A DNA stretch of 64,000 nucleotides from Lophium mytilinum. Its lineage: Eukaryota. Positions 1-13,200 of the stretch are shown in pieces. The stretch lies in contig MU004203.1 of NCBI GenBank assembly GCA_010093605.1, forward strand, positions 24,156 to 88,155, in the 5' to 3' direction. Position numbers and translations under genes: made by a program. The notes beneath the pieces are model-generated. The model made no database searches, was not told where the DNA came from, and worked only from the letters and a program-made list of their open reading frames with translations. Each line of letters starts with the position of its first letter. The first letter of the stretch is position 1.

Positions 1-1957
1 ATAGTATTATAAACTATAGGTACTATATAGGCGTAATATAAATTAGTATAGAAGTTAAACTTATAAACCTTTATATTACCTATTACCTAGTAGTCTACTA
101 GGTTAGCATCTTCTAACTAGAGGGGTTAGTAATTACTTAGCTAGCTAGCGCTAGTTAGCTTTAGTAATATCTAGCTTAAGTATCTACTTCTATAGTTTTA
201 ATATAATTATAGCTAGTATAGGTTTCTAGTACTTAGGTTTCTTAAAAGACTTATAAGAACCGGCGGCGTTAAAGTATTAATAATAGTAGTCTATTATAAT
301 ATTACGGTAATTAAATATGCTTTTATATAATTTCTACTTAGGTTTAGTATTCTAGTTAGAGTAACTAGTGTATTAAATTTTATATTATAAGAGGCCTTTC
401 TTACCTATAGTAGGATTAATTATTACTTTATTAATTTATAAGTTAATAATATTATCTATATTCTATTATTTAAAACCTTCTTTATTAACCTTAATAGGGC
501 TAGGTTTATTATATATTTAACCTTTAAGCGGCTTATAAGTAACTCTATAAAGTAGCTATAGATAAAAGATATTAAATAGTCCCTTTATAGTATAAGGCAG
601 TATAAGCTTATAGGCGCTATTATTAATAACACAAGTAATTTTATAGAGTTCTAGTTACTTATAGTCTAAGAACTTATTTAGGTATTAGGTCTTAATATTA
701 CGCGCGTTAAGTATTACTTTATCCCCTATTTTAAGCTTAGGCGCGGGCTTCTACTTAAGATTTATATAGTAAGCTTAATATATCTATACCTAGATAAGCT
801 TATTTTATAAGAAGAGTCTAAGCTTATTAATTTATTTAGTAAGGGCGTTAGCTTTTTCTTAAAGTAATTTCTAGGGGCCTTTTAGTTTAATAGTATTATT
901 AGCGGGCTTAAGTTCTAAGCGTAGGTTATAATCTTTTATTACTATAAATAGTAATACGCCTATAGTAGTTTTAGCGCAGTTAGCCTTAAATTTAGTAATA
1001 GATAGAAGATCTACCTAGTTATCTTATTTATAGTTAATATAGGCGCGTAGGTATTACTTAAGTACTATATTAGTAATCTTAGTCTAGCTATCTATTTTAG
1101 AGTAAAATAATAAGGATAACTTAGGTAATATACTAATACGGGCGTAGAGGTATTTCTAGAAGTATAATATAAACTATACGCCTTAATTAGATACTATAGT
1201 ATATAGATAGCTTTTCTTATACTAGACCTATTTAATAAATACTTAAATAACTAGCTTAACTTTTATAGAATTAAGCGGGATAAACTTCCTCTTCTTAAAT
1301 AGTTAATTAACTATAACTATAATATACTTATATTATCTACTCTATTATTTATAGATAGATAGTAGTCTAATAAAGTTAACTAAGATATTATACTAGTAGT
1401 AATATAGAATTAGTAGTAGATAAAAGAGGCCTTACTTACCTTCTCTAGAGTACTTTAAATAGTAATAGGTTATATAAGCGCCTATATACTAATTAACGTC
1501 TAAGGTTATAAAAGGCTAGTAGTAGTAGTTACTTAACTTAGTATATATAAAAGTTATTTCTATATAACTAGCTAGTTTAGATTTATATATAGAGCGGATA
1601 ATAGCTATATATAATTTTAGTATAGCTAGTATATAGAGCTTCTTATAAATATAGAGAAAGTTATTAATTATATTATAGTTACTAAGTTTAATTTATAGGT
1701 AATAATTGCAATAAAATTAAGCTAGTAGTTAGCGCTTATTATAGTACTTAGCGTATTTAATTACTTATATAATAGAGTTAGCCTAAGAAGCTTTCTTAAT
1801 ATAGTATAAGATTTAGTTACTAGTAAGAATAGGTTTTAATATATTATATAGCTTAGCGTTAGAACTATATTCTTACTTAGAAGAATTATTTATCTTATCT
1901 TCTATAGAGGGCTCCGGCGTAGAATTCTTTATTTTATCTACGCGCAGCTCTAGGCGT

Positions 1958-2178
1958 TATTATAGTGTAATATAGAATTATAATAGAAAACTAGATAGTA
2001 TTAAGTATATAATAAAGTAGCTATAAGAAGAGAGAGTAGGGCGCGGAGCGCCGGCTAAGAGATAGGCGAGGCTGGCGCTAAGCGAGGTTATATAATAGTG
2101 GCACGTAATAGAGACTATATAACGCTATTACTTATAATAGAAATATATTATAATAAGAGTTATATTATAGCTATAATA
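1958..2178 (-). repeat. 3' LTR of inner Gypsy element
   Basis: 221 bp. Aligns with 10026-10246, and the differences I inspected are transitions. Adjacent to the PPT. Confidence 0.95.
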
Positions 2179-5100
2179 CTACCCCCCTCTAAAAGAAAGC
2201 TATATATATATAGCCTTTCTATTCTAGTATATATACTTACTATAAGGTAGTTCTTCTTTAGCTAATTATTTTAATAAATTATCTTATAATTATATAGAGG
2301 GCCTATTATTCTTCTAGTTTATACTAGGCGCGCGCTAAGCCTTAAATATAAGGTTAGTAATATAGTTAATCTTATATATATTACTAAGCTTTATTTACGC
2401 AGTCTATATAGTGCGGCGTTATCTAATTTATATAAATTAGTAATAGCTTAGCCGGCCGGTACTAGTTAAGTTTAGTAAGGTAGAGAATAGGCGTTATCTA
2501 TAGAGCGTTATTATAATTAGGGCAAGTAGCGGCTTCTAATATTTTAGTTTCTAGAAGGACTTATAGGGTTCTTTTACTTTTAGGTAGGCGTAGTAATAGT
2601 CTATAATAATATTATAATAGTTAGTAATACTAGTATAAAACTTCTATTAAGAATTAGCGTTCTATTTAGAGTAACCGGTATAAAGAATCTTATACTAAAG
2701 TAGGCCTTTTTAGTTTATAGCTAGGTTAAGTATAGCTTTATTAATACGTAAGTTAATAATTTTATTAACGTTCTACTACTTATAGCCTTCTTTATTAATT
2801 TTAATAAGTCTAGATTTCTTCTAGATCTAGCCCTCTAATAGCTTATATATAATATAATAAAGTAGCTATAAATAAAAGGTATTAAAGACTTTCTTTATAG
2901 TGCGCGGTAGGAATAGTTTATAAGCGGCGTTATTAATAACTCTAGTAACTTTAAATAGACTAAGCTATTTATAGTTAAGTAACTTATTTAGGCGTTAGGT
3001 CTTAATATTACAGGCATTAAGTATAACTTAGTTACTAATTTTAAACTCTATAGCCGGCTTCTATTTTTAATTAGTAAACTCTTCTTATCTAGCTTAAACC
3101 TATATTAACTTATTATAAAGAAAGAGGTAAAGATTATTTAGTTACTTAGTAAGCGCGTTAGCTTTTTCTCTTAGGGGTTTCTATAGTCCCTTAACTATAG
3201 AGTTATTAGCTAGCTTAAGTTTAGAGCACGGGTTGTATTCCTTTATAGCAATAAAGAGAGAGATACTAGTAGTTATTTTATCTAAATTAGCTTTAAACTT
3301 AGTAATAGATAGAAGATTAGCCTAGTTATTCTACTTATAATTAATATACGCGCGTAAGTACTATTTAAGTACTATATTAGCAATTTCCGTTTATCTATCT
3401 ATTTTAGAATAGAAGGTAGTAGAGAGCTTTAGCTTTATTCTAACCTAAGCGTATAGTTACTTCTAGAAGTAGAAGATAAATTAAGGGCCTTAATTAGAAA
3501 TAATTAAGTATAGGTATTCTTCTTCTTACTATATCTATTTAATAAACGCCTAGGTAATATTCTTAGCCTCTATAGAGTCTATAGTAATAAACTTTCTCTT
3601 CTTTAAGAATTAGTTAACTATAACTATAATATATTCTAGCTTACGGCCCTATTATTTATAGATTAGAAGAGGAGTAATAAAGTTAACTAAAATATAGTAC
3701 TAGTATTAGTCTAGAATAGGTAAAGGGCGGAGTAGTTCTTACTTACCTTTATAGGAGTATTTTAATCTCTTATAAGTAAGATAGGCGCTAATATATTAAT
3801 CTATATAAGAGGTTATCTATAGCTAGTAATAGTACTTATAGAGTTATATATAGATTAATATTATTCTAGTATATCTAGCGGGCTTAGGTTTATATATAGA
3901 TTAGATAATATAAGTGCATAGTTATTTAATATTTAGAATATAAAGCCGCTTATAGATATAAAGAAGGTTATTAATAACTTTATAGTTATCTAGTTCTATT
4001 TATAGATAGTAATCTTAGTAGAATTAAGTAGAGAGCTATTATTAGTTGCGGCGTTTAGTATATTTAACGGCTTATATAATAGAATTATCTTTAGAGTGCT
4101 TTTAAACCTTTTAAAGAATCTAGTTACCTATAAAAACTATTTTCTTAGATAAATTATTTAGCTTATTATCTATAGGCAGCTTCTTAGTAGTAGAATTATA
4201 TAGCTTATTTACTAGGGGTATCTTATTCTTCTTAGGGTGTTCTTATAGGCGAGCTAGGCTAGAGTTATTTATCTTATCTAGTATAGCTGCTGTTTAAGAG
4301 GCTGCAGGTGTAGTTAATTTCTTAGGGCGGCCTCTTATATAAACTTATAGTCTAGAGTTATTTAGCTTATCTAGAGTAGTAGGTAGAGGGCGTATATATA
4401 TAAATACTACTAAGTAGATATTATTATTATCTAGATAATTAAATTTACTAAAATTATATATTATTTTAGCTAATTTAATAGAAGTATATTTAAATGTGTT
4501 AGTAAGAATGTATATAAGCTTAATAGTATAATGCATTTCTAGTTTATAATTAGATAGCTTTAGTATAACTTATTTTTAATACTTATACCTATTATCTTCT
4601 AGGGCTAGCTTATTATCTAGTTATTAAGTTAGTAGATTAGGCTTCTTATTCTACTTGCCTAGTTTATATATAATCTTAAAGTTAAACTTAGCTAGAAACT
4701 TAGCCTAGTAAGCTTATTAATAATTAAGGCGCTTAGAAGTTATAAATATTTAAAGGTTCTTATAATTTAAGATAATATTAATAGGGCTATTATACTTCTA
4801 TTCTTATCTAGTAAGCTCTAGTCTCTATTCTTTAAAGGTAAGTACTATGGCAAGAAGCTCTTTATTATAGATAGTATAGTTAATCTATTATAGTATTATC
4901 TATTATAATATAAAGGCAACTAGGTAAAGTGTTCTATTAGGCTAGACCTATAATAGCACGGTAGTAGTTATATAGTTAGAGGAGTTATATTTAATCTAGG
5001 TATTATAGTTAGAGTTCTATAGTGTAAGCTATAGGGCTATATAAAAATATTCTTTAATATTATAGAACACTTTAGCTTTATTACTATTATCTAGCTATAG

Positions 5101-8100
5101 AAATTTAAAGCCTTTTTATATAGTAGAGATTAGCATTATTAGTAGAGCTATAAATATAGAGTAGTTAGCTATAAAGTATTAATAGAAATTATAGAAGCTA
5201 AGGAACGCTTATACGTCTTTAAGGTTTTATAGTATTAGCTAGTCTAGTACTATTTAGACCTTAGTTAGATCTATTTAAACTCTATTAACGCTAATAAGTA
5301 CGCTAAGATATTTAACTTTATTAATAGTAAATTTATATTTATAGATATTAAGAAACAGTTCTATATTATAGAGTTTAGTAATAACTATAAGAATATGCGC
5401 TTTATACTCTTCTAGTATATTACTATATATTAAGATATTATCTATATATACTATATAGAAGTTATTAAGGTATTTTTATAAGGTATTAGTTAAATATACT
5501 TAGAAGAAACTAGATGCGTTATATAAACTAAACGGAAGAACTATAAATTTAAATAAATTCTAATAAGTAAGAAAAGTAGTCTTATATTTATTACCTTCTT
5601 TAATATAGAGGGCGTTAAACGCGCTAATTATATCTAGTTTTATATAGTACTTAACTTTAGCTAGTAGTATAAAAGTATCTTTTACTAGCGGTAGTATATT
5701 ACAGCTCTTAATGCTAATTTTATTAAGGCTATAGTAATTAATATAGACGCGGAGTCCTCTACCTAGTTTCTTAATAACTAAAGTTAGTGCCGCGTATAAT
5801 AAGAAACTTAGTTAAATAAAACCTTTTACGCGCATCTTATTAATAAAGGCTTTAATAATAGCGGCTTAATCTCTTAAAAGGCTATATACTTTCTAGGCAG
5901 GCGGCTTAGAATTAGGGAGAACGTTAATTATATAGTCTATTAGTTAATAAGATAGAAGTTTATTAGCTTTATAAGGATTCTATACATCTACTATATAGTA
6001 TAGCTAATTAGAAAGTAGCTCCTTAATCTCTTTATTAGTAATTAGAGGTTAATTTATCTTCTTAAAGAACTTCTAGTAATTAAAAGAATTAATAGTAAAG
6101 ATATTAGCGGTAAAAGCAGCTATTTACGCATTATATAGAATATTATTAAGTTTAGTAAGGCTATATAGGGCTAGATCTATTTCTAGTATAGAGGTATAAG
6201 GCGTAGAAGAATAAGTTATAGGCTAAGGCTTTCTATATTTATATTTCTTAATCTATTACAGCTTTTCCTAATTATTATTCTAGAGTTAGATAATATAGTT
6301 CTCTTTACTATTATGCTAGAGCTTTTAATAGGCTATTATTATATTCTTTACCTTATCTAGTTCTAGGCTAAGCTTATAATACTTACTAAAGACTTCTTAA
6401 AGTACGGTATTATATATGCGCTTACCTACTTAGGTAATATTATAGTTCTTACTATTACTCTATATATATCTATATCTATCTATATATAGATAATAGTTAT
6501 AGTAGAAGTCTTTATTAAAATTAAGGGCGTGCTCGCCCTATATAATATTAGGCTTATATTTCTTAAACTATAGTATTTCTAGAATAATATTATAGCCTTT
6601 AAAGTTAGTAATATAATATTATATATTCTCTATATATACTTCTAAGAATAGTATAAGCTAGGCCTTATAGGTTATAAGTTTTATAAGTATACTATTAGCT
6701 AAGCGTAGAGGAATAGAAGTAGCTAGCGGCATTATTATTAGCTTATTAGCTTTAGCGTATAATTAAGAGATAAAGGTAAAGTAGAAGCATTCTATATTAG
6801 TAAGGCAGCGGCTATTAGTTATACTATTAGGTATATAAATTCTATACTTAAAATTTAACTACTTACTATAAGTAATATCTTAGGTAGAGTTAGTAGAATA
6901 AGCTAATAGTTAGATTTCGCCGGGCTTAGAAGGCGGCCGTTCTAATTCTTAAATGCGGGCTATAATAGTACTTAGAAAGAATTCTATATAGCTCTATCTA
7001 TAACTATAGTTAGAGTCTATATAAAACTCTCTCTCTTACTATTATTACTACTACTACTATTACTAAGAACGCTAGAAGATAAGACTTTATTAGCGTAAGT
7101 AATAATAGCTAGGTTCTCTCTATTACTATTAATAGAGATTAGGTTATTATTATTCTTATTAGTATAGTAGATTATAGAAAGCTTTAGTTTAAGGCTGTTA
7201 TTAGCTTTAAATAGGCGCTTAGTTAGCTTGCGCTTAGATAGAGGGGGGTTCTAAGCGTAAGGGCGCTTAGAGTTATTAGCTTAGTAACCCTTCTTAATAT
7301 AGTAAAAGTAGTAGCCTTTAGTGCGCAGAACCGCTATAACTATAGAAGAAAGGTAAATAGGGTAGTTATCCTAGTTCTTACTATTATTGCGAGTTAATAG
7401 TTATTATATATAGCTCTACTTAGGGCGGCAGTCTTAGTAGTTATTTAGTTAGTAATTACTTAAGTAGTTATTATAGTAGGTAGTATAGAAGCCGGGTAGT
7501 TAAGAGAGCTAGGTAGTTATATTATACTAAGTATTATTCTAAAGAAAAGCTTTAGTGCGGAATACTATAGTAATAAGTATAGGCTAGTCTTAATAGCTAT
7601 TAGCGCTGCTAAATACTTAGCCGCTAAGATCTAGGTATAGAAGGCGCTTAAGCTATTCTTTCTTAGAGGTAAAGGGCATCTAGTTCTTATTATTAATATT
7701 AGTTATCTCTTTAAAATATAGTATATATATATTCTATAACTTATAGCCCTTTATCTTTATCTTAGGGCTATAGAGGATATTATCTATATACGCAGGCTTA
7801 TTAAATATAGTAAAATATAGGTCTATATATATAAATATCTAGTTAAGAATTATAAAGTTCTTATTTAGTAAGGGCTTTTTAAACTAGGTATAGCTATAGA
7901 TAGTAGCTTCCGCGTAATTAATATAGTATAACTTAATATATTCTATCTTACTCTACTTATCTAGGTAGGCTAGGCCCTTATATTAGAAGATAGTATAGGT
8001 ATAGCTCTTCTAAGATAGGTATTAGTATTTATTACTCTTACTAGTAAATTTCTAGAAATTCTAGAATTTAGGCTTATAGTCTCTATAGAGCTATAGGTAT

Positions 8101-10025
8101 ATAAGCTAAGTTATAGTATTATTATCTATAATAGTAAAGTTATTATAATTAGTATTATTATTATTATCTCCTAAGTTATAGTTAAGGTTGCCTGCGGCGG
8201 CGGCAGTAGCGCGATATAATTAGGCGGGTACTAATACTACTATCTAGTTTACTTTTAGATTAGTATACTACTACTTATAGGTAAGGCTAAGCTCTTTAAA
8301 GTAGTTGCGCTAGGTTTATAGATAGTCTAAGTTTTATTATACTATAGTAATATCTTATTAAAGGGCTTTATTTACTAAATATACTTTAGTAAGAAGAAGG
8401 GTTTTAGCTTTATAAGCTTTATATTTAGTAGTAAACTATTAAGTATACTTAGTATATGCCTTCTTATTTTCTAATTAAAGACGCGTAATATCTTTATTTA
8501 GTTAAGTAACTTTAGCTTATAAGTATAAAATTTTAGAGTTATAAGCTTTAGCTTAGTTATAAAGGGTAGTTAGCTCTATATTATAGGCTTAGTAGTCCTC
8601 TTAAAGAGATTCTAGGTTCTACTAGAATATAGTAACTCTATAGTATATATTCTTATAATACTTAGAAACTATATTATAGAACGCTTTAGTAGAGTTAAGG
8701 TTAATATTAATAGTATTAGTAACTCTATTATAGTTAATATAGAATATAATTCCTTTAGCTATTATAGTAAAGTATAACTTTTAGTAGCTAGAGTTATAGC
8801 GTGCTAACGCTAATAGGCCTAGTATAGGTAATTCTAGATTAGGTTATAATAGTATAGCCGCGGTAGAGAGGCTCTATACTAATAGAGGTAGATTATTATT
8901 ATACTTTTTAGTGCGCTAGGCTTTCTAAGTAAATAGAAGGACTAGGCTAGCAGGAATATTATTATTTTATATATTAAGAAGGTCGCCTTAAGTAAAGTAG
9001 ACTACTTTCTAGAGGTCTATAGCTAACTAGAATTAGATATTATCTTCTTCTTTATTAAGTTTATTAAGCTTCTAGTTTAGTTATTTATTATCTTTCTTAT
9101 TAGAGGTAATATAGAACTCTTTATTCTCTAGATTAAGAGAGTAGTTACTGCGCTAGAGAATAGTAGTTAGCTAGAGGCGGCTATAGGCTATAGCTATACC
9201 TAGTCTAATAGTACTAGCCTTTAGTATATAGAGTTTACTATAAGTAGCTAGCTACTCTAGAGTAGAACTAATACTATATTAAGATAATTTACCTACCTTT
9301 TTATATAAGGCTTTAGTATATTAGGTCTCTTATTATACTTACTAAGAGTTAGAGGCTAGTATTAACTAGGTAGCCTAGCTATTAAGGGTAGAGTATAGGT
9401 TAGTATTACTACTCTTATTAGTATATATACTACTAGAGAAAGCTTCTAAATATACTATAGTATATTTACTACAACTTAGTATTATAGATAGTTAATTCTA
9501 CTTATAAAGTCTTAAATAAGAAGAAACTAGTATTAGAAGGTTGCGCTAGTTAACTATTACTAGTTAGGTAATAGTAGAGAGTATTCTAGTAGGTAGATAA
9601 TAGTCTAGATAGATAGATAGTAGTCTAGGTAGATAGATAAAGAAAAAGATTAGTATAGAAAGAAAGGTTATAGGGCCTCTATAAAAGCTAGAAAGTAGAT
9701 ATAGCTAGTATACTTCTTAGTAGCTATTCTTAGCAGCTAAGCTAATTAGTAAATAATAATAACTGCGCTAGGTTTAGTTAGTTTACGCGTATATAGATAG
9801 GGGCGTAATAGTAAGTAGATTTATAGAGCCTGCGCGTTAGTTTATATAAGTAATAGAGTATAGTATTCTTACTATAAGGCTATAGGGCCTTCTTCTATTC
9901 TAGTTTCTTATTAATAAAGGTTATAGAAATTAAATTTAGTAGCTATAGAGGTGCCGGTATATATATAGATAGATAAAAAAGAGTACTTTTAATATCTTCT
10001 AGAAGCTAGAAGGGTAGCTACTTTA

Positions 10026-10246
10026 TATTATAGTGTAATATAGAATTATAATAGAAAACTAGATAGTATTAAGTATATAATAAAGTAGCTATAAGAAGAG
10101 AAAGTAGAGTATAGAGCGCCGGCTAAGAGGTAGGTAAGGCTAGCGCTAAGTAAGGTTATATAACGGTGGCACGTAATAGAAACTATATAACGCTATTACT
10201 TATAATAGAAATATATTATAATAAGAGTTACGTTATAGCTATAATA
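10026..10246 (-). repeat. 5' LTR of inner Gypsy element
   Basis: 221 bp. Followed on the minus strand by the PBS (10025-10015) and flanked by TSD GGCGT. Confidence 0.95.
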
Positions 10247-13200
10247 GGCGTAATCTTATTTAGCGCGTATATATAACTACTAGTTAGGCTCTATTATTCT
10301 CTAGCTAGTTAAACTTACTAAGGTTATATATTATAGAGGCTAGGTCTATAATAGTATACTTAGGGGCGTTATCTATAAGAATATAAGCTAGGTTAATAGT
10401 ATAGTATATATTAGGCTTATAGTTAGTAGGCTTAAGTATAACTTACTTCTAATATTTATAGTAAGCGTTATCTTTAAAGGGCTTATTACTAGGTTATTAG
10501 GTAAGGAGATCTAGCTTATTATTAAGCTTACTAGGCTTATATATAATTTTAAAGTTAAATTCTACTAAGAACTTAGCCTATTAGGCTTAATAATAGTTAA
10601 GTTATTTAGTTATTATAAATATCTAAAGATTCTTATAATTAGAGATAATATTAATAGAACTACTATATTTCTAACCCTAGCTAGTAAGCTCTAGGCGCTA
10701 GTCTTTAAATACTAGAATAATAGTAAGTAGTTCTTTATTATAGATAGTATAATTAATCTACTATAGTATTATTCTTTATAATATAAAAGTAATAGGTTAT
10801 AGAGTGCTATCTAGTTGTATTTATAATAGCACGGCGGCAATAGTATAGTTTAAGAAGTTATACTCTACCTATATTTTATAATCTAGATTCTATAGAGCTA
10901 GCTAAGAAGCGTTTCTAAAGTATTCTTTAATATGTATAAATATATATACTTTATCTCTATTATCTTTCTAGAGGAATTTAAATAATTTTCTAGCGGATAA
11001 TATAAGTATAGAGAGAGGTGCTATAAACTTAGAATATCTAGTAATAAAATAATAATAGAAGTTATAGAAACTAAGAAAAGCCTATATATTTTTAAGGTTT
11101 CTTAGTATAGGCTAGTTTAAAACTATCTAGACTTTTATAGAATCTATCTAGATGCTATTAACTTCTATAATAACGCTAAGGTATTTAACTTTTTATATAG
11201 TAAATTTAGACTTATAAATATTAAGAAATAAGCTAGCGTCTTATAACCTTATAACTATAGATATAATATATTTCTTATAATTATCTAGGTTATTACTAAA
11301 GATAAGGACGTTATCTATATATACTATGCAGTAGTAATTAAGATTCTTACGCAGCGTATTATTAATATAAGCTTAAAATAAGCTAGGCGCGTTATAGAGC
11401 CTAAATAGAAGAACTATAAATTTAAATAGACCCTATTATATTAGAAATACTATCTTATACTTATTATCTTCCTTAATATATAGGGCGTTAAATACGCTAA
11501 TAACGTCTAGCTTAGTATAATATTTAGCTTTAGCTAGTAGAGTAAGTATATCCTTAATAAGAGGTAGTATATTATAGTTTTTAACTATAATATTATTTAG
11601 TCCTCTATAGTTAATATAGATATAAAGGCCGCCTCTAGGTTTTTTAACTATAAGTATTAAAGTAGTAAAGAATAATAAGCTTAGTTAAATAAAGCCTTTA
11701 GAGTGTATTTTATCTATAAATACTTTAATAATAGTAGCTTAATCTCTAGAGAGACTATAGACCTTCTATATAGGTAGTTTACTATTAGGCTTAAGATTAA
11801 TAGCGTAATCTATATCTTAGTAAGAGAGTAGAATATTAGTAGCTTAGGGGTTCTAGGTATTATAGAGATAGTAAAGCTAATCTAGAAGAAGTTACTTAAT
11901 TTCTATATTAGTAATAGAAGGCCTATTTATTTTATTAAAGAACTTTCTATAGTTAGCTAGGTTAATTATAAATAGATTAGAAGTAAATATAGCTTATTTC
12001 TAGGCTAGAGTATTATTTAGCTTAGTAAGCCCATAGAGAGCTAGATTATTAGCTAGAGTAGCTTTATTCTTTTAAGTATTAAGGTGGTAAAGCTTATTAA
12101 AGTCTTTATCTTATAGTTAGATAATAGCGTCTTTCTTACCTTTACGGGTAAGCTTATAATATTTAGTAAGAAAGTTATTAGCTTTATCTAGGTTAAGGCC
12201 TAGCTTATAGTAATAGTTAATAATTTTATATAAGGCGCTATTATATAGCTTTTTTCCTTTATAGGTAATATTTTAGTTATAGCTATTACTTTAAACTTAT
12301 TAGTAGCTATCTATATATAGATAGTAGCTTATATAGTAATTAAAATTAAAATCTAGTATATACTCTCCCTATATAGGGCGGGGCTTATAGCGCTTAAACT
12401 AGAGTATACTAAGAATAATATTATAGCTTTAAAGGTTAGTAATATAGTACTATAGATATTTAATATACGCTTTAAGTAATAGCGTAATTTAAGCTTTATA
12501 TATAACTATTAACGTTAAGTAGCTATTAGTAAGCTATAGTAGTATTAGTTTAGTAATTATAATAGTAATAAGCTTATAGGCTTTTATAAATATTTATAAT
12601 ATAAAGACTAAGTAGAAGTATTCTATATTAGTTAAATAGTAACTATTTACTATAGTAGCTAGCTTAGTGCTAGTACTAGAGATATAAATTCTATATTTAA
12701 AGTTAAGTTATTTACCTTAGATAACTTCTTTAGATAAGTTAATAGCGTAAATAGAGAGCTAGAGTTTATCTAGCTTAGGGGGCGGTTACTCTAGTTTATA
12801 AATATAAGTAACTAGTATACTTAGATAAATATCTACTAGACTCTAACTATAACTATAGTTAGAGTCTAGGGAAAATTCTTACTATCTAAGAAGTTACCCT
12901 GTAAGGAGTTTCCTTATATAGTATTATTATTACTACTATTATTATTAATAGTAGCTAGAGTGTTACTAACTTTAATATCTAATATAGAATTATCTATATA
13001 GAAGACTATAGATAGCTTAAGATTAAGTCCCTTCTAGAAGTAGGTAAGTTATTATTAAACTATTTCTTTAGATAAGGGGGCGCTCTTTATATAGAGTTAA
13101 TTACAGTCTAATATATAATATTCTATCTTAAGGTAGTTATAGTAGACTTTTTCTATTTATTTACTAAGTACTATAGTTACTATAGAAGGAAGATAAATAT

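Larger units (their letters stand above)
1958..10246 (-). mobile_element. Full-length RIP-inactivated Ty3/Gypsy chromovirus (inner, nested element)
   Basis: Two 221-bp LTRs (1958-2178, 10026-10246) with tattatag...ctataata ends (de-RIP TGTTACAG...CTGTAACA). 5-bp TSD GGCGT at 1953-1957 and 10247-10251. PPT complement ctacccccctct at 2179-2190. De-RIPed minus-strand motifs occur in Gypsy order: CCHC knuckle ~7265-7315, RT FCVVYMDDILIYS ~5422-5460, integrase RGPQF..STAFHPETDGQTE ~3390-3490, chromodomain WNVDEIIDSR..LQYKILYTGY ~2670-2780. Confidence 0.95.

Noticed and set aside
4345..4536. 63-aa ORF in the AT-rich block
   Set aside because: A chance open stretch within RIP-mutated pol; not an independent gene.
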